DNA of 63,867 bases, filler included, from Octopus bimaculoides (taxonomy: Eukaryota): the NCBI RefSeq assembly GCF_001194135.2. It is 5 parts of 5 records of this genome, joined end to end, with 100 filler letters (N's around TTAATTAATTAA, not from the genome) between each part and the next. Parts side by side here need not be neighbours in the genome. Positions count along the whole stretch, not along the records: positions 22,892 to 43,369 come from NC_068998.1; positions 43,470 to 57,863 come from NC_068986.1; 3 more parts are not named here. One strand, written 5' to 3'. Below are positions 35,901-50,010 of the stretch, in pieces. The position numbers and the translations under genes are program-made. The notes below the pieces were generated by a model. That model was not told the origin of the DNA and ran no database searches. It saw only the letters and a list, made by a program, of their open reading frames with translations. Numbering within the stretch: the stretch's first letter is position 1; the number at the start of each line of letters is the position of its first letter.

Positions 35901-37497
35901 ACATTTATTTTAACTAGCACAGTTGCTCCCAGATTATTACTGATGATGCGTACCACACCGGTTTCCTCCTCTTCTGTATTTTCTAAGATCACCGTGCGCC
36001 TGAGAACACTATAGATTTGTTTCTAGAAAGTTCTACTTCTGAACTGGGCTTTTTATAGAAAACAGCAGTCCCCCATACATGCAAGTCTCATATCTCAATG
36101 CCACCAACGTTGTCCAAAGATAGACAATGATTTGATACAGCTTTGTATAATATTGATGCAAGCATTGCTGTAAAAACGCCAAGAGCGTGAATAGATATCA
36201 CAAGGCCCCCTGTTCGATGTTCTAACATTTCTACCAGTCCATGACTCTGGAGTGTTACTTTACTTATCGACAACGAAATATTGAAAACCCAACTCGACCT
36301 CAGAGGATTTTGAACTCAGAGTGTTGAAAGCCGAAGTAAATACTTCCAGGCATTCTATCCGATGCTTTAACCATTCTTTTATTTCACCGTCTAATAAATG
36401 ATTGTGGAGCCTGTTAGATTTGTACAAAATCTTCAAGTAGATTCCTTTCTGTTATGTCTCAAGCTACTGTTATATCTAGCACCTTCGGATGATCTCTACT
36501 CAACCGCTACACGACGGCTACTCAACAGTCACTGAACACTCTACCACGGTCGGTCAGACTACCTCTATTTATATATCTTAGGCGATCCTACTTCTTCGCT
36601 TGGGGGCGTCGACACAACACTTTCTGAGGTAAATTGCTCAAATGTTGGTGAGTGTAAAATATTTCTATTTCTCCGTGTAACACCACTATAAGCTCATCTT
36701 AAAAAATACTGATGAGTTTCATTAACACACCCACATATAAAAGAACACTAAATGAAAACATCTATCTATATAGTTACATAGAGAAACTGAAGCAGGCAAC
36801 TGTGTCTTGATTTTTCTTTTTACATTACTTCAAATCATTTACTATTCAGATCAGGTGGCAGCTACTCAGAGAATTTCGCCTGAGTAAAACTTGTGTGTTT
36901 CCTAGGAAATGAGTAGTGATATGGTCTATTCTCTAAAGTTAAACACTAACTTAAGGAATACTCAAATAGACTGATTTAAAGAATATTTTACATTACATCT
37001 TCGTACACTAACTTTGGTTCCTCAGAAGAGAAACACTGAAAGATGAGCAGAAGTGGTGAGGATTGATCTCGAGATGCTACTTTCAGAACAGAGAGGATAA
37101 ATAATCCCAATATCATGGTGAAATGAACCTACTCAAGCTGCAACGAACAGGAAAAGGATGATGATGACGACCTTAATATTTTAAACTTGAAACATGTCGC
37201 ATCCACTTCGAAGGTAACTGAAAGTTTATTGAGGAAGTTTGAGCTGCTGTATTGAGTGCATCGAGTGACTATATCAAAATGTCGATGCCCATCTAATCAC
37301 TGTTACTATTGTTTAGTTCTGTGCTCAAATGGACAATTAAAGTAAAAGTATACAACAAAAATCAATAAATGAAATTCAGCTGCACACAAGATAGGTTTAT
37401 GTTGAATAATAGCTGCAATTAAGAACGAAATGAAACATTTAAGTATTTAAATATTTATTGCATCCATTTCCCTTACAGCATCTTGGATACAGAAAGT

Positions 37498-37560
37498 AAT
37501 AATAATAATAATAACAATAGTAATAGTAATAATAACAACAACAACAACAACAACAACAAC

Positions 37561-37623
<63 letters not shown>
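37498..37623 (+). repeat. (AAT)n/(AAC)n microsatellite
   Basis: Directly visible; source of the poly-Tyr/Cys ORF. Confidence 0.95.
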
Positions 37624-38844
37624 TTGAAACCATTATTATAATCGTTATTGTTGATATAGTTGTTTATACTGAGCTGTGGAAAGACGCTTTCTAAATGTTC
37701 TGAAGATTTTGGATTATGACTTGGTTATTGTTGAACGTGGTAATATTCCAAGATCTATTCCTTTCCTATTCAGAATATTTTACAAAGGAACTTTGTGTGC
37801 TGGCCCAGAAATACATTTTCCAAATCAACTAATGTTTAAACGTGCGTTTCTTTAGGCGTATCTATTATTATTCTTTTTTCTGATTTGCTCACAAACACAT
37901 AGCAACGAACAGGACAATACTTTAAAATAGTGTGGCTAGAAATCGGCTAAGATTCGAACCATAGTTCCCAGTATTTCCCTAGTCTAGAATCACGACCTAA
38001 TATATTTTCATAAAAGGAAAAGAGTTCTCGTAAAAAGATTGAATACCCACATCAATATGATTTCACCAATCAGCACCGGCTGACATATGGTTGAGATTAC
38101 AACTTCAGAGCAAGTAATTTTTCTCACACAATGGGTTCTAGAACATTCTAGCTATCTAAAGCATGCTTACTCAATTAATATTTGTAAATCTTACAACGAG
38201 AGATATTCAGCAACAGTACTTTGGAGTAAAGATTGTTTGCCAACATAACATGGCAGTCCTGGTTTAGGACGAATGTTGCTGTAATTTAGCCCCAGGAGAC
38301 ATCGTCTCCAGCTGGATATACGACACGATCTGTGTCCTTATATTTTCGAACAAGGGAATCTAGCATCTCCACTCAGCACAAAACAATATCTCAAAACAAT
38401 AACCTGGAAATCGCGATACACAGATACTTGGTTCTTTCCCCCAAGACTATATATATATATATATATATATATACTGCCTATAACTATTGTCTCACTTTGG
38501 GTTTTTGCTAATGTCTAGGAATGTGGATGCAGCAATCTTCAATCTTCAATCCAGATAATTGATGTAGTTGCATGAATCTTATGTATACTCTTTTTACAGT
38601 TCTCTCATAAAATATTATGTTATGCTGATTCTGTTTGTAGAATACGTTAATGGTGCATATGTACGTGAAATATTCAGCCATTTCCACAGTGATTCAATGA
38701 ATAAAAGTAAGAAGGTAGTTTATTTGGTCAAAGAAGTGAATACTAATAATTGAATGCGATGGAGAACCATTTACACTAAGTTACATACACATAGAGAAAG
38801 ACAAAGATGGAGAGAGAAGGCGGTCAGTCGATAGATATCAGTGT

Positions 38845-40600
38845 CAGTGGCGTGCGGTGAATTCCGGGGCTGGGCATGCAATGAATTCCCCCCCCCCCCN
38901 NNNNNNNNNNNNNNNNNNNNNNNNNNNNNNNNNNNNNNNNNNNNNNNNNNNNNNNNNNNNNNNNNNNNNNNNNNNNNNNNNNNNNNNNNNNNNNNNNNNN
39001 NNNNNNNNNNNNNNNNNNNNNNNNNNNNNNNNNNNNNNNNNNNNNNNNNNNNNNNNNNNNNNNNNNNNNNNNNNNNNNNNNNNNNNNNNNNNNNNNNNNN
39101 NNNNNNNNNNNNNNNNNNNNNNNNNNNNNNNNNNNNNNNNNNNNNNNNNNNNNNNNNNNNNNNNNNNNNNNNNNNNNNNNNNNNNNNNNNNNNNNNNNNN
39201 NNNNNNNNNNNNNNNNNNNNNNNNNNNNNNNNNNNNNNNNNNNNNNNNNNNNNNNNNNNNNNNNNNNNNNNNNNNNNNNNNNNNNNNNNNNNNNNNNNNN
39301 NNNNNNNNNNNNNNNNNNNNNNNNNNNNNNNNNNNNNNNNNNNNNNNNNNNNNNNNNNNNNNNNNNNNNNNNNNNNNNNNNNNNNNNNNNNNNNNNNNNN
39401 NNNNNNNNNNNNNNNNNNNNNNNNNNNNNNNNNNNNNNNNNNNNNNNNNNNNNNNNNNNNNNNNNNNNNNNNNNNNNNNNNNNNNNNNNNNNNNNNNNNN
39501 NNNNNNNNNNNNNNNNNNNNNNNNNNNNNNNNNNNNNNNNNNNNNNNNNNNNNNNNNNNNNNNNNNNNNNNNNNNNNNNNNNNNNNNNNNNNNNNNNNNN
39601 NNNNNNNNNNNNNNNNNNNNNNNNNNNNNNNNNNNNNNNNNNNNNNNNNNNNNNNNNNNNNNNNNNNNNNNNNNNNNNNNNNNNNNNNNNNNNNNNNNNN
39701 NNNNNNNNNNNNNNNNNNNNNNNNNNNNNNNNNNNNNNNNNNNNNNNNNNNNNNNNNNNNNNNNNNNNNNNNNNNNNNNNNNNNNNNNNNNNNNNNNNNN
39801 NNNNNNNNNNNNNNNNNNNNNNNNNNNNNNNNNNNNNNNNNNNNNNNNNNNNNNNNNNNNNNNNNNNNNNNNNNNNNNNNNNNNNNNNNCAATACTGATG
39901 TAAGAAGGTCGAACCTTACGTTATAACAAACACTAACCAAAACCTGCAATATATGCCCTTTAATATTTTAAGTTTTTTTTTAATGTTCTAAAATGTTATT
40001 TACCTCATTTATAAATTAATTCAATTCTTCGATCTTTCTGGGCAAATATATCTATCATATTTTCATAGAAATCTTCTCTTTTCATCAAATGCTGTAATAA
40101 ATCTTTTTCAATTGACATTAGTGCTAACCCAGACAGTCTTCTTTCTCCTGATGCATTTCTTTGGTATGTTTTGATTCTACTTAATGCAGAAAAGGATCGC
40201 TCTACAGAAGCAGTGGTAGACGGAATTGTCAAAATCAACTTGCACAGATTGAAGAGTTCTGGCATAGCTTCAACAAGATCACGAATATTTTAAGATCTAT
40301 CAAAGAAAGATTTTATATGCCTTTTCGAACGCTCGTGCTTTAGCATAGCCATATGTAAATTATTTAAATCATCATAGCTTTTATCATTCTAAACATTCTT
40401 TTCTAAGCAAAAAAGTAAACAAGGCCAACAGAATAATTTATTAAGTGTAGCAATTCCAGTTAACCATTTTTTCTTTTCATACAAATTAACCTGAAATTGT
40501 CTCGTGAATTAGGTAAATTCGGTGTTGGCCTCCCTCCGTTTATAATTAATTGTTTTCCATCGTAGTCTCTTTTCGAAAAATTATTTCTCAAAATATCGTT
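38845..40600 (-). mobile_element. Internally deleted hAT transposon (ZMYM1-like transposase remnants)
   Basis: hAT-like terminus CAGTGGCGTGCGGTGA at 38845. The C-terminal dimerisation domain (LILTIPSTTASVERSFSALSRIKTYQRN...RLSGLALMSIEKD, 40005-40265) is joined directly to the N-terminal segment WLTGIATLNKLFCWPCLLF...DDLNNLHMAMLKHERSKRH. Confidence 0.8.
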
Positions 40601-41299
40601 TATAATACTCATTTCGAAAAAGGCTACTTTTATATAAGAATACAGGTGTAAGCGTAAAGAATACAGGTGTAAGCGTAAGAGTAAATTGCATCTGAGTCAA
40701 TTTCAACAAAACGAAAAAATAACGTTAGTAAAATTAATTAAAGAGATTAATTAGCTACTTCTGAAATAAGAAATATAATATAGATAATATCTTTTTTTCA
40801 GAACACTCCAAAAATATTATAGTGCAAACAGGTTTTGGATAAAAAAAAATTCAAACTTACCGCCAGGTTATTCCGACATTTCATCTGGCTAACTCAGGAA
40901 TTATGGGATTGCTCTTGTTTGGGTCAGAAAGTGGAACGAGGCTAGCAACAATTGTACACAAACAAAGAGGGAGAGGGGAGGGGGTGTCAGGTGGTCTTCT
41001 CAAAGCAGACGAACGAGTCGTGAGAGAGGGGGAAGGGGAGGCAGAATATTTCGAAAACACCTGGATGGAGTTTCTTTGAAAAAAAAAAAAATTTTATCGA
41101 ATTTTCCGATGATATGGATTAAAAAATCACAGAACATGCAGCGCATATCTTCACTATAAAAGAGGGAAGTTGGTGTAGATATAAAAAAAAGTTTCAAAAT
41201 GTTTCCAGTTTTCTACTGAATTATTCAACACACAAATATATTCATTGATTTCAAAATGGGAACAAAACCAATCGGAAATTCCACAATGCAAAAACAACA

Positions 41300-42000
41300 A
41301 CGAGGGAAAGAATATAGCACTACTGCAATCCCTACCACTTGCACCTCCAAAATTATCATCATCGGTTTAAATTATCATCGTCAGTGTGACTGCGACTACA
41401 AGTAACATCGGAGAATTGTAGCTCCACAAAGCTACCGTACCATTTTGACAACCATCAGGTTCGTCACCAACACTGCAAGCAAACGATCTATGATACCCAA
41501 CCAAAAGCACGTCGCTGATATAAACACTGCCACGTCAACCACTACCAGCATTATACCAAATAAAGTACCCCCATCACCACGTCCATAGCCACAACTGCTA
41601 ATATTGCTAATACCAGTTCTACAATCACTGACAAAAACAACCGTCACCGCAGCCATCAACATCAATATTGCAACCACGTAAATCAAATCTATTGTGAGAA
41701 TTTTATAATCAGGACCATGACCACCATCACCACCACCAACACCACCATAAACAACACAGTTATAACTAGCCAAACTTTCGGCTTCACAAAAACCACCATC
41801 AACACCATCAACACCATCATCATCATCATCATTATCATCGACTAACGAAACTGTTGAGAGCAACACCTTTACTACGAATTTGACAGCACCACTCAAAGCA
41901 ACAACCTTCATCACAACCACATACACTCCACCATCAACACCAACACCAACACCACTACAAGCACCACCACCACCACCACAACAACAACAACAACAATCTA
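41300..42000 (+). repeat. Degenerate (CAN)n/(ACC)n low-complexity tract
   Basis: C/A-rich trinucleotide-derived sequence with (CAT)n, (CAC)n and (CAA)n runs. Confidence 0.7.
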
Positions 42001-42239
42001 GCTAGCAGAAACATCCACATCTATCAAGCTTACCACGCCACTCTAGTGTAAATAAAATAACTTTGTAATTTTCTTTTCCTATCCATTGCAAATAATAAGA
42101 GCAACGATAATAATTCTAAATGAAATAACTTTATCGAGTCTCAAAAGATTCAATTATCTTTAAGAAAACATCATGAGGAATATGATCTTTTGTGAGGCTC
42201 TGCTATTACTCAGCAATAATTTGATTTCAAACAAACAAG

Positions 42240-43369
<1,130 letters not shown>

Positions 43370-43469
43370 NNNNNNNNNNNNNNNNNNNNNNNNNNNNNNN
43401 NNNNNNNNNNNNNTTAATTAATTAANNNNNNNNNNNNNNNNNNNNNNNNNNNNNNNNNNNNNNNNNNNN
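43370..43469. other. Artificial spacer N44-TTAATTAATTAA-N44
   Basis: Exact 44+12+44 layout. Confidence 0.95.
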
Positions 43470-43470
43470 A

Positions 43471-43531
<61 letters not shown>

Positions 43532-43898
43532 ACATGTACTCAGATGCATGTGCATGTGCGATAAGCATCGATAGATTAATAACACAATTTCTTAAATTAC
43601 ATAGAATTTAAAAAAAATATTCGAACCTATTCACTAGAGAACCATTCAGTCCAGTACAGTGACAGAGATATACATGATCCAATAACGTTAACATGGCACC
43701 TACCGCAAAATTTCCGGGATTGTTCTGATTCAATGATCAACTGTTACTTACTCTTCAATGAGTCGCAACACGCATTGAAATAAACGATTTCCCTTTAAAG
43801 ATAAGCACTGTTCCTTTATCCTCGTTGACACTTATCACGACATTTAAATCACGTTATGTTTAGGACATATCCAGTTGCGTAGCAAATTTTGAAATAAT

Positions 43899-44323
43899 CC
43901 TTTCTACTCTAGGCACAAGGTGTGGAATCTTTGTGGAAAATTACAGCGACCGCAGTGCTTAATCGATATTTATATTTCATCGTTCCCGAAAAGATGAAAG
44001 GCTAAGTCGACCTCAGCGGCATTTGAGCACAGAATTTAAAGGTGGGAGAAATGCCATTAAGTATTTTGCCCGGTGCGGTAATGATTTTGCCAGTCCGGCG
44101 CCTTAGATTTTGAAATAATCCTTTCTACTTTAGGCACAAGGCCTGAAATTTGAAAGGAAGCGACCCTAGTGCTTGACTAACACTTATTTCATCGATCCCG
44201 AAAGAACGAAAGGCAAAAGTCAACCTCAGTGGCATTTGAACTCAGAATGGAAAGCCAGAAGAGATGTTGCTAAGCATTTTGTCCAGCGCAGTAACTATTC
44301 TGTCAGTCTCTCCCCACCATCTT
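43899..44323 (-). mobile_element. Two tandem family B SINEs (43899-44104 and 44120-44323)
   Basis: Both have the CCTTTCTACT.TAGGCACAAGG tail and GAAAGGC.AAGTC.ACCTCAG body. They are separated and flanked by A(A/G)ATTTTGAAATAAT. Confidence 0.85.
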
Positions 44324-45319
44324 AAATTTTGAAATAATTAGATATACATTACTCTCACACCCATCGCAAACTTTCGTACACTTTTATTACACGCAATCTC
44401 CAACATTTTGACCACCATCTGCAGTTACTGAATTGTTTGGCCGAATACAAGAGTTCAAATAGGAATTTTTTTTTAAATGTCATATCTAAATTAAGCAAAT
44501 ACATTAGCACCAAATTCTCCGTTGAAAATGAATAAAATTAGCCGAACCATTACTGCCAACCAAGCTTGTCCAAAAATATTCCCAAAGTCAGCAAAAATCC
44601 ATTATTGCCAAATCTTTCAACATTTAACGAAGCCCACCCTGACATTTCAATAAGATGATTAGAATCTTTGTTTGAAATAGAATATCACTAAAAGGTCAAA
44701 ACCTCTGAAATAAATTTACTTACCCGTGCATAAGACTTGTAGAAATACTTCTTCTATGTGAACGCACATATGCGAATACGAACACATTCACGCTTTGTAG
44801 TTAGATGCCTTTCAATGTAATTGCAATTTGCATTGATATTAAAATCATTCTGACCAAAGCAAAACTGCTTCAAATAAATATAACACTGACGGACAGAAAG
44901 CTGAGATCAATTTAAATACTTTTATTTTTAGACATTGAGTTATTAAACTCACACAAACACACGTATATTTATACATACATGTGTATGTATGTATGTATGT
45001 ATGTATGTATGTATGTATATGTATATGTATACATGTAAGCATGTATATGTATCTGTATTCATAATGCATACTCACACATAACTTAATGAGCTGTGGATAA
45101 TTTGAATAACACCCATATATAATTAATCCACAGCAGGTACACAGTCAACCATACATCTTAAAAATCACCTAAATGTACATATCACAATTATATTAGAAAG
45201 CTTTAAGTTGATACAATCATTTTTCATAGCACATAGTATTAATTGATATTAGAATATACTCTAGCTCAGATAACAGAATGACATTTGATTACGTTACTTC
45301 TTAACTAGAATAGGCGAAT

Positions 45320-45430
45320 TGGATGACGTCATAGCTGACGACTGAAGGCGTATCTGCATATCGTATCATATAATTAATTAATCAAACGCTGCAGGAATAG
45401 AATCACGTGTTACCGCGCATACGAGCGCTT
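45320..45430. promoter_or_regulatory. Candidate cis-regulatory cluster (full CRE, half CRE, TAAT repeats, E-box)
   Basis: ATGACGTCAT at 45323-32, TGACG at 45336-40, TAATTAATTAAT at 45371-82 and CACGTG at 45404-09, in unique, locally CpG-rich DNA. Confidence 0.35.
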
Positions 45431-46290
45431 CTGTGCACACCTACACACGTCTACACATATATACAAATATATTATCCAATCTTTGGCCAAGCACATTATT
45501 TTAAATACCTGTAAAAGAAAGTAATTTGCATTGTAATACAATGCGCGGGCAAAGCGGAAACAAACTCTAAAAAGAAACGGAGAGAAGTCTCAATCTTGAA
45601 TAGATGTATATAAACTGCTGAAAAATGTTTGTCTTGCTATTTTTTTTCTGTGTGTGTGTTTTAAAGTGTTCTTTACAAATGGTTTTAAATCGAGAGGAAG
45701 AGTTTAAGCATGTTACTAACACGATTTTTCTTATATCTATTTTACATGCTTTGCTCATTGTTACCTCACGATCTGCTCGAAGCCATTATGGATCTCTGTT
45801 ATAATGGAAATGGATATGATTAACATTGGCTTGTTATCAGAAGCAACATCTGCTATAAATGTTAGCTTTGTATATGGGCAAAGCACGGTTTCATGCTTTA
45901 AAAGCTTGCTTTCTAATCATGTAGCTTCGGGTTCGATTCTGCTCTATAGTCAACTTGGTAATTGCCTTTTATCATAACCTTGGGTCGACTCAAGCCTTGT
46001 GAGTAAAATTAGGAGGTCGGAAACGTTAAATAGTTTGTATATCTTGGTAGCAGACATAATCCGTTACCCAATAAATTATTAGAAGCATCCTGATCAGCTC
46101 TTCGACATGAGAACAACCCATAAGTTGTCGTTTTAACCGTCTTGTCCTCCAGCAATCGCAGTAGCCACATGAAAAGATTATGGTCGCTTTGACTATTATA
46201 TAAAAGTTTGCGGAATTTCCATTATATTCAGTATCGTCTCTAGAAAATGGGCAAAGTAATTTTGATTTCAGGAAAATATATTTTTGACAT

Positions 46291-46322
<32 letters not shown>

Positions 46323-46619
46323 GCATATATATATATATATATNNNNNNNNNNNNNNNNNNNNNNNNNNNNNNNNNNNNNNNNNNNNNNNNNNNNNNNNNN
46401 NNNNNNNNNNNNNNNNNNNNNNNNNNNNNNNNNNNNNNNNNNNNNNNNNNNNNNNNNNNNNNNNNNNNNNNNNNNNNNNNNNNNNNNNNNNNNNNNNNNN
46501 NNNNNNTATATATATGCACATACAAATGTGTGCGTGCGCGCGTGCGTTGGTATATGCAAAGCATCTATTTGGTATTTTGCTGTTCTGTTAAGTTAAAACA
46601 TCATTTGATGAAAGTGGCT

Positions 46620-47117
46620 GCAGGTTGGCAGCAAGGACTGGATAGACTTGTGTTGCATTAGAGTTATTTAGTTTTGTTTTTGTATGTAGTCACTACTTTG
46701 AGTTCTGTACCCCTCAGTCACTAATAGGGCTTTTCTCTGCATACTTCCACTCTATTTAACACTGTCTTCAAGTATGAAGTAGGGGCTTTTATTGCCATCG
46801 TTTTATCATGGCATACTGTATGTAGTCTCATCGTTAGCGTTATATTATTTGTTTTACGAATTATTGTAGACTCTCATTTTTATTTGTTGGCATCCTTGAA
46901 GGGAGAAGACAGTTTTTCGTTTTGTCCATGTCTTTTATCTACTTTTATTAATTTTCCTGATTTTACAATAGACATTTTTACAATCTAATGGTGAATATTT
47001 TCTATATATATATATATATATAAAGAGAAAGAGAGAAAGAGAGAGAGAGAGAGGGAGAGATAAAATACATATATACACACGCATATGTATATATGTATGT
47101 ATGTATGTATGTATGTG

Positions 47118-47193
<76 letters not shown>

Positions 47194-47840
47194 CACACAC
47201 ATATACATGTATAATTTCTCTTTGCTAAGTTTTGGGGGATGTTATCTAAATGTAGTAATTATGTTCCTTGTTTTCCTGTCCAGTGTTGCTAATTTGTTTA
47301 GTATGCAGTCGTGAATTTTGTAACTCTAAGTAATGATTGGAACAGCTATAGTATTGATGCCAATTACTTTAATATTTGCATTCAGCTTTCTTTAAGTATA
47401 AATCTAAATCGTCTATAATATCCCTTCCTAATCTTTTCTTTCGTTTGTATGTGTTGTACAGTCTAGCTCATTGATTCCTAAGTATTTATATGTCTGTGTT
47501 CGATCAAATTTTCTTGTCTCATTTTCTCTATCTTGTATGATATTCGTGTTGTTAATTAATTTTCTTCTCTTCAAGCTCGCTTTGGCGCATTTTCTAAGCC
47601 GAATTTTATATTGATTTCTTCAGTAAATCCGTGTAATGTCTGCAGTAAAGTTTCAAGTTATTTATTATTTCCAGCATACAACTGCAGATCATCCATACAC
47701 AAAAGATGATTGATTGTTCCTTTTTTTCGTAGCATTTGCAGCTACATCCAGTTCTATTTAACAAAGGTGGGTAACGGTATCAATTCCAAACTGAAAAGAA
47801 GGGGAAAGTGATTGCCCCCTTGAAATATTTTTCTCTAAAG
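46620..47840 (-). mobile_element. R4/Dong-like non-LTR retrotransposon RT fragment, split by a microsatellite
   Basis: Minus translation TINHLLCMDDLQLYAGNNK (YMDD-like, 47671-47699), [42 protein letters not shown], then RWQ*KPL beyond the (TA)n at 47000-47210. Confidence 0.75.
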
Positions 47841-47964
47841 AAAGGAAAGCAGCTTAGTTTTTATAATTTCCACTTTCAACTCTAACTTCGAAACTCTTTG
47901 CTATTTTCGCATGACATGATTTATTGTCGCTATTGTTGTTGCTTCCCTGGGTAAGTATGTTGAA

Positions 47965-48250
47965 GGCGCGTGGCTCAGTGGTTAGGGCATTCGGCTCACG
48001 ATCGTAAGGTTGTGAGTTCAATCCCCGGCGATGCGTTGAGTCCCTGAACAAGACACTTTATTTCACGTTGCTTCAGTCCACTCAGCTGAGTAGTACCTAT
48101 AATTCAAAGGGCCAGCCTTGTTACACTCTGTGTCACACTGAATCTCCCTGAGAACTAAGTTAAGGGTATACGTATCTGTGGAGTGCTCAGCCGCTTGCAC
48201 GTTAATTTCACGAGCAAGCTGTTCCGTTAACCGTCACCGACGGAGTGCTC
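47965..48250 (+). mobile_element. tRNA-derived SINE, family C
   Basis: Clear A box TGGCTCAGTGG and B box GAGTTCAATCC, followed by a CORE-like CCCTGAACAAGACACTTTATTTCAC...CAGTCCACTCAGCTG domain. Confidence 0.85.
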
Positions 48251-48479
48251 CTCTCCCTCTCTATGTTGAATTCACAGTATGTATGTATTCCGGTTTATCA
48301 CGTTCTGAATTCCAATCCCACCGAAGTCAATTGTCATTCACCCCTTCGGAGTCGATATAGTAAGTATTAATCAAGCATTAGGGGCGATGGTATCGAATAA
48401 TACCTACTCCTCCTTAAAATTGCTGGCTTTGTGCCTAAATAAGAATTCCTTATTTACTTCAGACCAATAGACGTGTATG

Positions 48480-50010
48480 CGGCAACAGGGTCCGGTCGAC
48501 TAGATTTCTTTAGGATCCCAGAGTGTTCCTTAGTAAAGTCCCACTCCCTATCGCTAATGGGAGATAGGAACGGTATCTTAAATGTACTCTTGAACTGAAG
48601 GGAATGTGAAAGTCTCACAAACCTTTTCAGATGTTTTCAACTGGATGACAAGTAGACTAGATTATCTAAATGTACCAATATGGACGTGGACAAATCACAT
48701 CGAGTCATCCAGATAATGTCTAGATAGAGCGTTTTGTAGGCCAGTAGATAGAGACAGCATAAAATCGTACAATTTAAAATTGTCAGCTACTCAGGCTACA
48801 ATTTTATTATCTGTACGATCGATCTACATAGACTTCGTAAACAAGGAGCCGGTCACTGGAAGTTGAACGCGTCGCACTCGGCATGCCAAGCTTACAGAAA
48901 CAGGATTAGTGAATTAGTGTAATAGGCGTTGACTAGGCTACTTGTCAACCACAAGTGGTGGATCGCCTTGAAAGAGTGATAAGAGTGGTTCGATAAAGAT
49001 GTAGGGACAGGGAAAACTAGAATAATGGGAGAATAGTGGGGGATCGAAAATTAGAAGAGGCAGTTAGAAAAGGCATCGTGACTGACGTGTTTGCGGCGAG
49101 ACTGGCTCTTGACCAGTTCTTCAACCCGAATCATGAAGGCTGTGTTGTCAAAGCTAAGGCACGTGCTCTAAGACACGAGAGAACGAAAGCTGCTCGATTT
49201 GTCCAAGTGAGAGAAACGCAAACTTAACGTGGCAAGAAAGCCACAATTCGATCTTTGGTGGACTATGATGGGTCCATGTTTCACGATGCCAAGTAGATGT
49301 GTGCAGATTTTCAGCAGCAGTTTCATTTTGATATGAACGAATGTGTCTTCAGCTAGTTACCTCAAAACTGGAGTTTTACTAAATTTTGCAGGAAGAATAT
49401 TTTTTCCTTTCTGATTTATTTTACAAACAAGGGTCTTCAGAATATATGGCTGTGTGCATTCAGGATAGACAAACATGCTTTGACGCAGATGTACATTTTC
49501 ATTTCACGTGTCTTTAAATTTATTTGAATACGGCGAGTGTTTCTCATCACCGTAAAGTAACAATGAACATAACCACGCAGTGTAAAGCTATAGCGCATCT
49601 CGACTGAAAGGGGACGCCATAAGGGCGGTGTACGCAATTGACATCGACATAATGATGTGAGATATCTTAGAAATCGAGATGATCAACACCACATGGAAGG
49701 AAAACTAAGGAGTGACAGGGGGTACTCATAAACCAGAGCATGTCGGTGGGCCTTCTAACTTAATAACCTGAAAAGATCAGTCCACATCAACCAATGTAAG
49801 CGGGTCGAAATACCGACTGATTTATTCAAGTGCCTGGTGCCTGGTTCGAACCAAACTTCCGGGTAGGTAGGAAGTGGAGATGTTTAAGGTAACCAGTCTC
49901 ACCCAGAAATTCTCCAAGAGAAAGCTTTCTCTGAAAAACCGGACAAAGATGGCAAACACACACATTGTCTCCGTTATAAATTACTGTCTGATCATTTAGG
50001 TTTGCTTAAG
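48480..50010 (+). mobile_element. Tx1/L1-like LINE ORF2 fragments
   Basis: WTWTNHIESSR (endonuclease end), GAGHWKLNAS (48845-74), HEGCVVKAKARALRHE, YAID (degenerate YADD, 49631), and RKLSLKNRTKMANTHIVSVINY. Confidence 0.75.

Noticed and set aside
41432-41926. 164-aa V/G/D-rich ORF and Thr-rich sense reading (mucin-like)
   Set aside because: Derived from degenerate trinucleotide repeats; the sense frames are broken by stops and there are no splice or domain signals.
42030-42049. TTACCACGCCACTCTAGTGT as the missing right hAT TIR plus TSD
   Set aside because: Requires indels in both the TIR and the 8-bp TSD (ATCAGTGT); only a partial match.
47965-48040. tRNA gene
   Set aside because: A and B boxes are present but the acceptor stem is not formed and the sequence runs into a SINE body.
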